A DNA stretch of 64,000 nt from Nibricoccus sp. (GCA_047602425.1 JASGHG010000001.1:3136001-3200000), one strand, 5' to 3'; numbered from the stretch's first letter, positions 25,375 through 36,214 are shown. Program-made: numbers and translations. Notes: a model not told the origin generated them from the letters alone.

Positions 25375-27744
25375 CTATTCCGCGCGCAGGGCTTCGATGG
25401 GATTGACCTTGGTGGCGCGATGCGCGGGGAGAAAGGCGGCGATGGCGGCCGCCGAGGCAAGGACCGCGGTCGCGACCGCGTAGCTCAAGAGATCGTGAGT
25501 TCCCGTCTCATAAAGCATCGCAGCGAGCAATCGGCTGCCGAGGAGAGCCATGGCGATCCCTATGATCGTTCCGAGCGCAACAAGTCGCAGGCCTTGGCCG
25601 ACGACGAGACGGAGAATGTCACCAGCCTGTGCACCGATTGCGACGCGAATGCCAAATTCACGCGTGCGCTGCTGCACGGTGAAAGCAACCACGCCGTAGA
25701 TCCCAAGGGTTGCGAGGACCAGCGACGTGATCGCGAAGCCGCCTAGCAAGGCGGTGACGAAACGCTCGCGATCCACGCTTTCGGCGCGAACTTCGTTCAT
25801 CGTTCTGATCCAGAACACCGGCACGGAGGAATCGACGTTTTTAACGATGCTACGAATAGTGGGAATTAACGGTTCGGTTGATTTCGAGGAACGAACCACC
25901 ATCGCCATCGGGCCATAGATGAATCGATGCATCGACCAATAGAATGTGGGGGGTGGTTCGGTACCCAGACTTTTGCTGCGCACGTCGCCGACGACACCGA
26001 TCACCGTCAGTTGGTTTGTTCCGGAGCGAGGTGTCTCGATATGGCGACCCACCGGGTCTTCGTCACCGAAAAGCGCTCGTGCAAGCGAGGCTGATAACAC
26101 GACCGACTGCCGGGCTTGCTCGGGTGATAGGCCCGCAAAGGAACGACCTCGGAGCAGGGGAATCTGCATGGCGTCGAAATAGCCCCCGTCCACCAAGCGC
26201 CAATTCGATTGGATCGATTGCCCGGTGGCGAGCAGTGTAGGACCGACCGGGAAGACGGGGTTACTGGTATTTCCTTCGCCAAGCGGAAGGCTGCTGACCA
26301 AACCAACTCCGGCTACGTCAGGCAGAGCAGCGACACGCGCAGTGACTTGTTCGTAGAAAGCAACGGCATTCGCTCGGTCTCGCGGCCGCACGGCAACGGA
26401 TACGACGCCTTCGGTCGCAAAACCCGGGTTTACCTTTATCAATCGCCAGAAACTGAGAACGAGCATGGAGGCGCCGATGAGCAGCGAAAGCGAAAGGGCC
26501 AACTGGGACACCACCATCGTGTCGCGCAATCGTGAACCGTGTCCTGAGCGAGGCCCGCGCCCCTTCAACGCAGCTTGTGGGCGTGTCAGGGAGGCCTTGA
26601 GCGCGGGTCCGATTCCGGCCAGGCAACCCGCGATCAAGGTAGTGCCACAAGTCGCAACCAGAACGCGAGCATCGATGGAAATTTCTGTCGCGCGAGGGAG
26701 ATTTGCCGATTGTAATAGGTTCACGGCCCAACGCGCGAGAAACACGCCGAGGAGGCCACCAGCCGCCGTGAGCGTGAGACTTTCGACGATGAGTTGACGA
26801 ACTATTTGCCAGCGGGTAGCGCCCAATGCTGTGCGAATGGCGATTTCGTGGGCTCGGTTGGAAGCTCGCACGAGCAAAAGATTGGAGAGATTTGCGCAGG
26901 CGATGAGCAGCAGGAGAATGACTGCTCCGAGCAGGACGAAGAGATTGGTGCGCAATCCCGAGCCCACGACCTCACTTGAAAGCGGGATCGTTTCAATGCT
27001 CCAACTGCGATCTGCCTCGGGAAAACCCGCATACAACTGAGTCATGATAGTCTTTAGTTCGGCATTGGCTTGTTGAAGGCTGACGCCGGGCTTGAGCCGC
27101 CCATAGACATCGAAGTCGTGGTCATAGCGACGATCGGCTCGGGGGGCGGCGCCAAGCGGAATAGCGATTTCAAGATCGCCGGGGAAAAACGCTTTTGCCG
27201 GCATTACTCCCACCACCGTGTAACTTGCCCCATCGAGATTGAACGACTGTCCGATGATATCCGGCCTGCCACCGAAGTGCCGTTGCCAGAAACCGTGACT
27301 GAGGATCGCGACCTGATTGTGGCCGGGCCGATCTTCTTCATCGAGAAAACCCCGACCGAGAAAGGGAGGAATGCCGAGCGTCGGCAGCAGATTGGCCGTC
27401 ATAGCGTGGACGTGCACGAACTTTGGTTCGGTGCCTCCGGTGAGATTCATTGCGCGCCAAGTCACGGTGCCGAGCGACTCCCAGCTATGACTTTGGTCGC
27501 GCCAATCGCAATAGTCGCGATAGGACGCGGCGAATCTCGAAACTTTTCTTGGCAGATTGGTTTCATAGACCACCGCCAAGCGGTCTGATGCTGGCAGTGG
27601 CACCGGGAGTAATACGAGAGCGTTGACGGCGCTGAACATCGCGGTCGTGGCGCCGATACCGATGGCAACGATCAGGATCGCGACCGCGGTGAAGCCGGGC
27701 GTTTTCGCGAGTGATCGCAGCGCGAAGCGTAGGTCGGAGAGCAT
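25375..27744 (-). CDS. ABC transporter permease, ADOP/MacB-like (duplicated MacB_PCD + FtsX), copy 8
   Basis: MLSDLRFALRSL.KTPGFT, LIACANLSNLLL.RA, EIAIRTALGA, RTREFGIRVAIGA, ends NPIEALRAE. Confidence 0.93.
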   Translation of the reverse strand: MLSDLRFALRSLAKTPGFTAVAILIVAIGIGATTAMFSAVNALVLLPVPLPASDRLAVVYETNLPRKVSRFAASYRDYCDWRDQSHSWESLGTVTWRAMNLTGGTEPKFVHVHAMTANLLPTLGIPPFLGRGFLDEEDRPGHNQVAILSHGFWQRHFGGRPDIIGQSFNLDGASYTVVGVMPAKAFFPGDLEIAIPLGAAPRADRRYDHDFDVYGRLKPGVSLQQANAELKTIMTQLYAGFPEADRSWSIETIPLSSEVVGSGLRTNLFVLLGAVILLLLIACANLSNLLLVRASNRAHEIAIRTALGATRWQIVRQLIVESLTLTAAGGLLGVFLARWAVNLLQSANLPRATEISIDARVLVATCGTTLIAGCLAGIGPALKASLTRPQAALKGRGPRSGHGSRLRDTMVVSQLALSLSLLIGASMLVLSFWRLIKVNPGFATEGVVSVAVRPRDRANAVAFYEQVTARVAALPDVAGVGLVSSLPLGEGNTSNPVFPVGPTLLATGQSIQSNWRLVDGGYFDAMQIPLLRGRSFAGLSPEQARQSVVLSASLARALFGDEDPVGRHIETPRSGTNQLTVIGVVGDVRSKSLGTEPPPTFYWSMHRFIYGPMAMVVRSSKSTEPLIPTIRSIVKNVDSSVPVFWIRTMNEVRAESVDRERFVTALLGGFAITSLVLATLGIYGVVAFTVQQRTREFGIRVAIGAQAGDILRLVVGQGLRLVALGTIIGIAMALLGSRLLAAMLYETGTHDLLSYAVATAVLASAAAIAAFLPAHRATKVNPIEALRAE

Positions 27745-27840
27745 TTTAAGTTGAAGTTGAAAGATTAGGTTTAGGAACTGATGGTGGTTTCGGTTTGGAT
27801 GCTTAAACCTCAACTTTTCGCTTCAACTGCGCCGAAGGCG

Positions 27841-30267
27841 CTATTCAGCCCGGAGGGCATCGACGGGGTTGGTGCGGGCGGCGCGGAGGGAGGGGAGCAG
27901 GAGCGCGAGAAACACGACGGCGAGGATGACGCTCGCGGTGGCAAGCAAGACGAACAGGTTCATTGGACCAATTCCGAAAAGCAGGCTGCGCATGGCGAAG
28001 CCTGCCGCCCACGTTCCGACGACGCCGAGCAGCAGGCCGGCGAGGAGCAAACCAACGCCAAGAGCCATGAATTGGGAAAGCACCTGGCGTGGTTGTGCGC
28101 TGAGGGCCATGCGCACTCCGATCTCGCGTTTGCGTTGATCGACCGCGTAGGCGAGCACGCCGTAAGTGCCGAGCGCGGCGAGGAGAAGGGCGACCATTGA
28201 AAACAACGCCGCGAGAACGGCGGGCGAGCGACGTGCGACGAGGCTGTCATCGATGCGGGAACGCAGCGGGCGCAGATCGTCGACGGGTTGGCCCGGGTCG
28301 ATTTCCAGGACAGCTTTGCGCACGGCCGAGGCCAGGGCCTCGGGCGGGAGAGCGGTGCGGACAAGCACGGAATAGGAAAAGGCGCCATCGATCGGGAAGT
28401 AGACGGCGCCGTGGCCGCCTTCCTCGGTGAGCGCGCCCTGTTTCACTTCACCCACCACGCCGACTATGGTGATGGCGTTTTGTTCGGTCAAGCTGGTGCC
28501 CGTCGTGAGCTTGCGTCCGATTGGATCGGCTTCCGGCCAATAGCGTTGAGCAAAGGCTTGGTCGATCACGCAGACCCGGGCGGTCCGACGTACGTCGCTG
28601 TCCTCCAGATAGCGGCCACGCAGGAGGGGGATCTGCATGGCCTGCCAATAGCCGGGCGAGACTTGGGATAGATAGTGCGCTTGGAGGGGTTTGCCGGTTT
28701 CTGGAAGATTCCCCTCGACGGCTACGGCGCTGTTATTCGTGCTTTGGGTGAAGGGAAGACCATTGGAAACGGCGGCATCGGTCACGCCGGGGACAGAGCG
28801 AAGTTTGAGCAAAAGGCGCTCGCAGAAAGCGAGACGGGCTTCGTTCGTCTGATAGTATTTCCACGGAAAGGTAATTTGTCCGCAGAGAACATTGTCGGCG
28901 GAAAAGCCCGAGGAGGTGGCGAGGATACGTTCGAGGCTCCGGCTGAGCAGGCCCGCGCTGGACAGCAGCACGAAAGAGAGCGCGATCTGCGCGACGATAA
29001 ACGTGTGACGCAGGCGCAGGGCGGCACGGGTGGTGGTGCCGCCGCGGGTTTCCGCCTGAAGCGCCACAGCGAGACGCGCGCGGAAGTTGTACCAAACAAT
29101 TGGTATACCGAGAACGATTCCAAGTACGAGCGAAGCCGCGACGCCAACAGCGGCGAGTTGAGGATCGAAAACAATTTGTGTTCCGAGAGGAAGTTTATCG
29201 GTGCCGAGAAACCGGAGAAGATCGATGCCGACGGAACCCACCAGAAGCCCAGCCAGGCCGCCGGCGGTGGTGAGCAGGCAGGTCTCAAGCAGAACCTCGA
29301 TGGCCACGTGGCGTCGACGAGCACCGAGCGCCTGACGCACGGCCAGATCCTTGAGGCGGCCACTGGCGCGGATGAGCAGAAGGTTGGTCAGATTAACAAC
29401 GGCTATAACCAGGAGAAAGAGACCACCGGCTTGAAGAAGCACGAGTGTCGGCTTGATCGATTGCACGTGATCTCCATGGAGAGAAACGACCTTGGTATTG
29501 TACCCGGCGCCCTTGACGATTTGCGCCAACGGATCGTCGGCCAGCTGGCGGACATTAAAGGCGTCGATTTGGGCTTGGGCGTTTTCAATGGTTGAGCCTG
29601 GAGCCAACCGCGCGATCATCTGCCAGTTATTACTGTGGCGGTTTTGAATCTCGCGCTGAGAGGGTTCGTGGGAGGCGGGACGGAAGAATTTCGGCTGATG
29701 CGAAAGGTATCGGAAACCCGGCGGCAGGACGCCGATCACCGTCACGGAGAGTCCATCATTGAGAAAAGTGCGACCCAGGATGTGAGGATCGCCGTTGAAC
29801 TGACTGCGCCAGAAATCGTCGGTGAGAATTGCGACGAGATCCGTCTGGTAGGTGAGTTCGGCGTCGGTAAAAGTCCGGCCCAAAGCCAGCGGCACGCCAA
29901 GGGTTCGGAAAAATTCAGGCGAAACGCGGGCGGAGTCGATGCGGTTAGGCGAATGACCGTCTCCGACGATAAAGCTGGCATCCTGATAAATCGCGACTGA
30001 CGTGAGTGAGGAGAGTGCGCCCCGACGTTCGAAATAGTTCGGTATCGATGCTTCGGAGCGGGTCACGCCGGCGCCGGGATAGGCGTTGTAGAGCGTGACC
30101 AGGCGATTTGGTTCGGGAAATGGCAGCGACCGAACGAGAATCGCGTCCACAACGGCGAAAATGGCGAGATTGGTCCCGAGACAGAGGGCCAGGGTGGCGA
30201 TTGCCGTGCCAGTAAATCCGGGGGTCTTGGCAAGCTGCCGGAAGGCCTGACGAATGGCGATGAACAT
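27841..30267 (-). CDS. ABC transporter permease, ADOP/MacB-like, copy 7
   Basis: KTPGFT..AIATLALCLG, NLTNLLLIRA, VRQALGA, REIGVRMAL, ends NPVDALRAE. Confidence 0.93.
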   Translation of the reverse strand: MFIAIRQAFRQLAKTPGFTGTAIATLALCLGTNLAIFAVVDAILVRSLPFPEPNRLVTLYNAYPGAGVTRSEASIPNYFERRGALSSLTSVAIYQDASFIVGDGHSPNRIDSARVSPEFFRTLGVPLALGRTFTDAELTYQTDLVAILTDDFWRSQFNGDPHILGRTFLNDGLSVTVIGVLPPGFRYLSHQPKFFRPASHEPSQREIQNRHSNNWQMIARLAPGSTIENAQAQIDAFNVRQLADDPLAQIVKGAGYNTKVVSLHGDHVQSIKPTLVLLQAGGLFLLVIAVVNLTNLLLIRASGRLKDLAVRQALGARRRHVAIEVLLETCLLTTAGGLAGLLVGSVGIDLLRFLGTDKLPLGTQIVFDPQLAAVGVAASLVLGIVLGIPIVWYNFRARLAVALQAETRGGTTTRAALRLRHTFIVAQIALSFVLLSSAGLLSRSLERILATSSGFSADNVLCGQITFPWKYYQTNEARLAFCERLLLKLRSVPGVTDAAVSNGLPFTQSTNNSAVAVEGNLPETGKPLQAHYLSQVSPGYWQAMQIPLLRGRYLEDSDVRRTARVCVIDQAFAQRYWPEADPIGRKLTTGTSLTEQNAITIVGVVGEVKQGALTEEGGHGAVYFPIDGAFSYSVLVRTALPPEALASAVRKAVLEIDPGQPVDDLRPLRSRIDDSLVARRSPAVLAALFSMVALLLAALGTYGVLAYAVDQRKREIGVRMALSAQPRQVLSQFMALGVGLLLAGLLLGVVGTWAAGFAMRSLLFGIGPMNLFVLLATASVILAVVFLALLLPSLRAARTNPVDALRAE

Positions 30268-30288
30268 AGTGGTGGTGAATGGTTTTTG

Positions 30289-32718
30289 TTATTCCGACCG
30301 CAATGCCACGCACGGGTCGGCGAGCATGGCGCGGCGGGCGGGAACGAGGGCAGCGACGATGGCGATGGCGGCGAGCAGGAATGGCACGGCGACAAACGTC
30401 ACGAAATCGAATGGACTGACGCCGTAGAGAAAACCGGCGAGCAAGCGGCTGACGGCGACGGCCAATGCCAGTCCGAGGGCAATGCCCCAACCGGCGAGCG
30501 CGAGACCGGTTTTGAGCACAAGCGACAACAGACTGCGCGGCGTGGCGCCGAGGGCGAGGCGCAGGCCAAACTCGCGCATGCGTTCGCCGACAGCGAACGC
30601 CATTACCGCGTAGACACCCAGCGCGGCGAGGACGAGCGCGAGAATTCCCATCGCCGTGAGCAGACGTGAGGCGAGCATGGGGGCTGTGAACGCCGCCTTC
30701 ATGTAGTCGCGCATTGGCAGTGTGACCCAGATTTCCACTTCAGGATCGACCCTGCGCATCTCATTTCTCAGCGCCTGTACGAAAGCGGCGGGATCGCCTT
30801 CTGTGCGGATAGCAAGCCCGAGGTCGAGGTCGCGGATGCCCTGCAGATAGGGCGTGAAAAACATTGGCTGCGCAGGTTCGTTGATGGAGTAGTATTTCCC
30901 GGTTTTCGCGATCCCTACGACGGTGAGCCACCGGTTTCCATCTTTGAAACGGCGGCCGAGTGCATTTTGTCCGGCCCAGAAACGCTGCGCCATCGCTTCA
31001 TTGATGATGGCGACAGGTTCGGCGTTACCGTTGTCATGATTTGTAAGCTCGCGGCCCTGCAGCAGGGGGCTTTTCATCGTGGCAAAGTAGTCCGGCGAAA
31101 TCCGGACGATGGGCACGGAAAGATCCTCGCCGGGTTTGGGTTGATAGCCCTCTGGAAGTGGGGCGTGACTGCCGCCGCGTTCGAAACCGAGGGGGAACCA
31201 GTTGGCAAGAGCAACTGAAGTCACGCCTGGTACGGTCGCAAGATGCTGCTGTAATTTTTGGTAGTAGATCTTGCCAGTTTCCTCGGTGTAGCCGCTCATA
31301 CCGATCCGCAGACCAACGATCAGCATGTGATCCGGGTTGAAACCAACATCGGCGTGCTGCGCCTGTTTGGCGCTGCTTATACACAGGCCTGCTCCCACAA
31401 GCAGGGTGAGCGACAACGCGATCTCGGAAACGACAAAGATGTCACGCAACCTCCGATGGCTGCGTCCGCTGCCCGCGCCGCGTCCACCTTCTTTGAGCGT
31501 GCCATTGAGGTCTGGACGCGAACATTGCCAGGCGGGCACAAGGCCAAAAATGAAACCAGTTGCCAGTGCTAAACACGCAGCAAACGCGAAGGTGCGCCCA
31601 TTGATGGCCATGTCGAGCCCGACCGGCAGATTGGTGGGAGGCATCATGGCCTTTAGCAGGTCGACCATCCAGAACGTGGCAACCATGCCGAGCGCGCCGC
31701 CGATGAGGGAAAGTACGATGCTTTCAACGAGCAGTTGTCGTAGGAGTTGCAGACGGCTGGCTCCGACGGCGAGGCGGATGGCAATCTCTTTTTGTCGTTC
31801 GCTGCCACGGGCCAGCAGAAGATTTGCGACATTGGCGGCCACAATCAGCAGCACGCCGAAGCTTACTACTAAAAGGATGCGCAAGGCGGGCAGCATGATG
31901 GGCTGAATTCCGTAAGGCGCTTGCGCAAATGTCCGGAGCTGGTGCGTCATATCCGTATTGGTGCGCGGATATGTTTTCTCGAGTTGTCCGGATAAAACGC
32001 CAAGAGCGGCCTGGGCTTGGGCACGAGTCACGTGGGGCTGAAGACGAACCTGTGTATGCAGCCAACGATCGTACCGCGCATCCAACGACCCGAAGTTTGC
32101 GACTTGTTTATGCATGCTGACCGGCGCCCAAAAATCACATTTCAGTCCGCTCATCGTTCCGTAAAACACGGCGGGTGTGACGCCGATTACGGTGAAGGGC
32201 TGGCGGTTGATTTCGACGGTGCGACCGACGATCGCTGGATCGGCCGAGAACTCGCGCCGCCAGCAGGTCTCGCTGATGACGAGCACGGGGTTTCCTCCAG
32301 GTTGTTTGTCTTCGTCGGGCAGGAAGGTGCGGCCGAGAATTGGGAGGACGCCGAGCACGTCGAAGAAATTGGCGGTGGCGATTTGACCGTAAATCCACGC
32401 GCGCCGTTCACCGACCTTCAAATAAGCAGGCGTCACTTGTGAAGCGATGACACCGGCGAAAACTTCCTTTTGTGTTTCGAAGTCGCGAATGTCGGGCAGC
32501 GAGCACGTGTGCCAGGTGTTGGTGCCATGGACAGGCGTGACGACAAAAATGCGATCCTGATTCGTGACGCCCGGCAACGGATTCAACCAGACGCTCTGCA
32601 GCCAGCAAAAGGTGGTGGTTGCGCCACCGATGCCAAGGGCGAGGGTCAAAACCACGGCGGCCGTGAACCCAGGCTTTTTGACTAGCTGGCGAAAAGCGAA
32701 TTTTAAATCGGCGATCAT
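30289..32718 (-). CDS. ABC transporter permease, ADOP/MacB-like, copy 6
   Basis: MIADLKFAFRQL.KKPGFT, ANVANLLLARG, EIAIRLAVGA, REFGLRLALGA, ends ALRSE. Confidence 0.93.
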   Translation of the reverse strand: MIADLKFAFRQLVKKPGFTAAVVLTLALGIGGATTTFCWLQSVWLNPLPGVTNQDRIFVVTPVHGTNTWHTCSLPDIRDFETQKEVFAGVIASQVTPAYLKVGERRAWIYGQIATANFFDVLGVLPILGRTFLPDEDKQPGGNPVLVISETCWRREFSADPAIVGRTVEINRQPFTVIGVTPAVFYGTMSGLKCDFWAPVSMHKQVANFGSLDARYDRWLHTQVRLQPHVTRAQAQAALGVLSGQLEKTYPRTNTDMTHQLRTFAQAPYGIQPIMLPALRILLVVSFGVLLIVAANVANLLLARGSERQKEIAIRLAVGASRLQLLRQLLVESIVLSLIGGALGMVATFWMVDLLKAMMPPTNLPVGLDMAINGRTFAFAACLALATGFIFGLVPAWQCSRPDLNGTLKEGGRGAGSGRSHRRLRDIFVVSEIALSLTLLVGAGLCISSAKQAQHADVGFNPDHMLIVGLRIGMSGYTEETGKIYYQKLQQHLATVPGVTSVALANWFPLGFERGGSHAPLPEGYQPKPGEDLSVPIVRISPDYFATMKSPLLQGRELTNHDNGNAEPVAIINEAMAQRFWAGQNALGRRFKDGNRWLTVVGIAKTGKYYSINEPAQPMFFTPYLQGIRDLDLGLAIRTEGDPAAFVQALRNEMRRVDPEVEIWVTLPMRDYMKAAFTAPMLASRLLTAMGILALVLAALGVYAVMAFAVGERMREFGLRLALGATPRSLLSLVLKTGLALAGWGIALGLALAVAVSRLLAGFLYGVSPFDFVTFVAVPFLLAAIAIVAALVPARRAMLADPCVALRSE

Positions 32719-32737
32719 GGCAGTTTGAAACGTTAGT

Positions 32738-35206
32738 TTATTCGGCACGAAGAGCCTCGATGGGGTTGATGCGGATGGCCCGGCGCGCGGGCAGCCAGCA
32801 GGCGAGGGCGGCGGCGGAAAAGAGCAACAACGCCACACCGCCAAAAATGACGATTTCGAATTTTCCTGCGCCATAGAGCAGGTCGGAAAGCAGATGAGCG
32901 ATAGCTGCTGAACAAGCCAGGCCCACGATCACGCCAGACAGGGTGAGCATGAGGCTTTCCCTGGTGACAGCGCGAATGACCTGCATGCGCGACGCGCCGA
33001 GCGCCATGCGGACACCGATTTCCCGCGTGCGTTTTGTCACGGAAAACGCGATCAGACCAAAAATGCCCGCACCGGCCAGCAGGAGTGCGATGAGGCCTTG
33101 CGAGCTAGCCAGAATGGCGCCGAGGCGATACGGCATCAGGCCGGCCGGACTTTCGTTAATGCGCTGCCGGAGTGTTTTCACATCGTAGAGCGGCAGTGCG
33201 GGATCGATTTGGTGAATGGCCTTGGTTAGGGCGTCAGCCACGGATGCGGCGGACTCGCCCGATCGCACCACCAAGCTGACATTGCCTTGGTAGTTTTGCG
33301 CAAGAAGATCGATCACGAGCGGACGCGAATCGTCGGCCAGGTTGTAGTAGCGGGATTTGGCAAGGACGCCAATGACCTCGACTCCGTGGTCGCCTTGGAT
33401 GGAAATCTTCCGACTGATCGGATCTTTATCGCCAAAAAGCCGCCGGCTCAGCGCCTGGTTGATCAATACGACCCGTTGCGATCCGCGCTGATCGCGAGAA
33501 TCGAAGGATCGGCCTTTTTCCACCGGAAGAGAAATTGTCGAGGGATAACTATTTTCCGCGACGACATAGGAGACCATTGCTCGCTCGTTGGCGGAGGAAG
33601 AAGGTTCCCCTTCTGCGGTGACATTTCCGATCTGGTTTATACGCACATCCACGGGCGTCCCGGTGGTAATGCTGGCGGCTTCCACGCCGGGTAGTGCGCG
33701 TACTTTTTCGAGTAAAAGCTCGTGGAACCGCCGGCCCTGCTCTGAGGAATAATTTTGCAGATTCAGATCGTAGTTGGCCACGACCAGATTGTCGGTGCGA
33801 AACCCAGTCGGGATTTTTGTCAGCAGCACAAGGCTTCGCAACGCCAGGGATGCGCAGATCAAAACCACACAGGACAGGGCCACTTGTCCCACCACCAATA
33901 AGCGTCTCAGCGGATGCCGTTGGAGAGCTGAGGTATTTGACGTCTCCTTGAGAAAAACCAGAGGTGCCATGCCGCTGGCTTTTAGCGCCGGCAATAAACC
34001 GGCGACAAAGCCGACTAGCAACGCCGTGAGTCCGCACACGACAAAAGGCCTCCAATCCACGGCGATTTCAGCCGGTGGCGCCCCATTGCTGGGGGCGAAA
34101 GCGTCGAATAGCGGCGCAAGCCAAAGCGAGGTAACCAAACCGATAAAACCAGCCGCAAGGGCCAAGAGCGTGGACTCTGCGAGCAAGCCGCGCACAATTC
34201 GGAAACGGCTTGCGCCCAATGCGGCGCGAATAGCGAGTTCGCGTTCTCGGCTTGCAGCGCGGGCGTAGAGGAGCCCGGCGACGTTGGCGACGGCCACGGC
34301 GAGCACCAGCAAGGCCAGAATGTTAAGTGCCAGTACGATCTTTGGCGCATGATGGGCGACGTACGGCGAGGGTCGACTGTTGCTCTCCTTCATGACCACG
34401 GCACGCGCAGCAGGCGGATAGTAGCCTGGATTTGCCTCGACCATGCGTGAAAAAGCCAGTTCCGCCGCCGCTTGGGCTTGCTTGAGATCGACGCCGGGTC
34501 GTAGTCGACCCATTAGAAAGGTACAAGTGTTGCCTCGATTGAGCATGCCGCCGTGCACGAGCTTTGTAATCGTGGTCACGGGCACGAAACCGCTCAGGGA
34601 GGTTCCCCATAACGCGCCGAAAAAGCCGCGCGGAGCCACCCCGATGACGGTGAATGGAATTCCATTGAGCTTTACGGACTGTCCCACGACCGAATCGTCC
34701 TCGTGGAAGCGGGTGCGCCAGTAGTCATAAGTCAGAACGATGACCGGCTCGCTGCCGGGCGTGGTGGCCTCGCTCGGTAGAAAGAAACGGCCCCGGTGGG
34801 GCTGCACTCCAAGGAGTGAAAAATAATTGTCGCTGCCGAAATGAATCCAGCTGCGCTCGGCCTGGCGTCCGTTGATGGCGAAACTCACCACCTCTTCCCT
34901 GAACGCCATCACGTCGACAAAAGCGCGCCCCAGATCCGGAGAGGTGGCTGAGCCCAGCATGCTTCGGAAGTCCTGGGCGTCCGGATATGAAAGTGGGACC
35001 TGATAGTCGAAGGCGGAGGATCTTTTGGCGATAATGACAAGTTCATCCGGATCTTTGGCTGGCAGAGGCCGGAAGAACAGGTCGTTGGTGATCGAGAAAA
35101 ACACCGCATTCACCGCTAGTCCGAGGGCGAGGGTGAACACCGCAACGGCGGAAAACCCTGGGGCCTTGGCGAGTTGGCGAAACGCAAACTTTAAGTCGGA
35201 AAACAT
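32738..35206 (-). CDS. ABC transporter permease, ADOP/MacB-like, copy 5
   Basis: MFSDLKFAFRQLAKAPGF, ANVAGLLYARA, RTREIGVRMALGA, ends NPIEALRAE. Confidence 0.93.
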   Translation of the reverse strand: MFSDLKFAFRQLAKAPGFSAVAVFTLALGLAVNAVFFSITNDLFFRPLPAKDPDELVIIAKRSSAFDYQVPLSYPDAQDFRSMLGSATSPDLGRAFVDVMAFREEVVSFAINGRQAERSWIHFGSDNYFSLLGVQPHRGRFFLPSEATTPGSEPVIVLTYDYWRTRFHEDDSVVGQSVKLNGIPFTVIGVAPRGFFGALWGTSLSGFVPVTTITKLVHGGMLNRGNTCTFLMGRLRPGVDLKQAQAAAELAFSRMVEANPGYYPPAARAVVMKESNSRPSPYVAHHAPKIVLALNILALLVLAVAVANVAGLLYARAASRERELAIRAALGASRFRIVRGLLAESTLLALAAGFIGLVTSLWLAPLFDAFAPSNGAPPAEIAVDWRPFVVCGLTALLVGFVAGLLPALKASGMAPLVFLKETSNTSALQRHPLRRLLVVGQVALSCVVLICASLALRSLVLLTKIPTGFRTDNLVVANYDLNLQNYSSEQGRRFHELLLEKVRALPGVEAASITTGTPVDVRINQIGNVTAEGEPSSSANERAMVSYVVAENSYPSTISLPVEKGRSFDSRDQRGSQRVVLINQALSRRLFGDKDPISRKISIQGDHGVEVIGVLAKSRYYNLADDSRPLVIDLLAQNYQGNVSLVVRSGESAASVADALTKAIHQIDPALPLYDVKTLRQRINESPAGLMPYRLGAILASSQGLIALLLAGAGIFGLIAFSVTKRTREIGVRMALGASRMQVIRAVTRESLMLTLSGVIVGLACSAAIAHLLSDLLYGAGKFEIVIFGGVALLLFSAAALACWLPARRAIRINPIEALRAE

Positions 35207-35233
35207 CGGGGTAAGATGGAGGTTTAAGTTGGT

Positions 35234-36214
35234 TTAGTTTTTCCGAAGATTGATGCTGCCGCCACTGGTGCGGAGGTGAACGAGGGGGCCGCCGTTGTTG
35301 ACCGTGCCCTTTACCCGGCTGCGTCCAATGTTTCCCTGCACCGTGACGGGCAGATCGCAATGCACGCCGCCGCCCGAAGTCTCGGCGTCGAGGGTGAAGG
35401 CCGCAGTAGCCGCGGTGGTAACGGAAATGCTGCCGCCGGAAGTTCCCAGTTTGACGTCGCCTGGGATTTGATCCGGAAGGAGAGCGTGGACGGAACCGCC
35501 CGAAGTGCCGCCGTGGATGGAGCCTTGGATATTTTCAACGGTTATGCTTCCGCCGCTGGTTCCAATGTGGATGGGGCCGTTGAAGGTTTTTACCGCTATC
35601 CCTCCTCCGGAGGTTCCGGCGTTCAACGAACCGCCACCTCCCGTGACGTGGATTCCACCGCCGCTGGTGCCGATGTGCAGTTCGCCCTCGCAATCCTGGA
35701 GATTGATGCTGCCGCCCGAGGTGTTGCCGTCGAGCGGACCTTTGACGCGAGTGAACTTGAGCGAGCCGCCGCTGGTGTTGGCCTTGACCGAACCATTCAC
35801 ACCGGTAACGGAAATCGAGCCGCCGGCCGTCTTGAGATTGACGATAGATTCGGCGGGAAGGGCGATGGTGTAGCGGGCTTCATTGCGATTGCGCCAACTG
35901 CTGAACCAAGACCAGGAAAAGTTTGTTTTGCCTCGGGCGCGGATGGTCAGGGTATTGCCGTCCTGGATGAACTCGACCGGATTTTCCTTGAGATAACTTT
36001 CTTCATCGGAGGCATTCCAGCGCGTGACTTTGCGCCAGACGTCGACGGTGGCTTCGGTGCGACCGGGGCCGGCGACAACTTCAATCGAGCCAAAATTGAC
36101 TTCCAGCACGAGCGTGCCACCTGGCAACGCGCCAAAAGATTTGTTGATTTTCTCCTCAGTGGCCGCGGTGGCCAGGCAAGCGGAGAGGGCCAGGAGTGCG
36201 AGATATGTTTTCAT
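35234..36214 (-). CDS. Exported DUF4097 beta-strand repeat protein
   Basis: Signal peptide, then about eight T(S/A)GG(S/G)I-type repeats. Confidence 0.88.
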   Translation of the reverse strand: MKTYLALLALSACLATAATEEKINKSFGALPGGTLVLEVNFGSIEVVAGPGRTEATVDVWRKVTRWNASDEESYLKENPVEFIQDGNTLTIRARGKTNFSWSWFSSWRNRNEARYTIALPAESIVNLKTAGGSISVTGVNGSVKANTSGGSLKFTRVKGPLDGNTSGGSINLQDCEGELHIGTSGGGIHVTGGGGSLNAGTSGGGIAVKTFNGPIHIGTSGGSITVENIQGSIHGGTSGGSVHALLPDQIPGDVKLGTSGGSISVTTAATAAFTLDAETSGGGVHCDLPVTVQGNIGRSRVKGTVNNGGPLVHLRTSGGSINLRKN

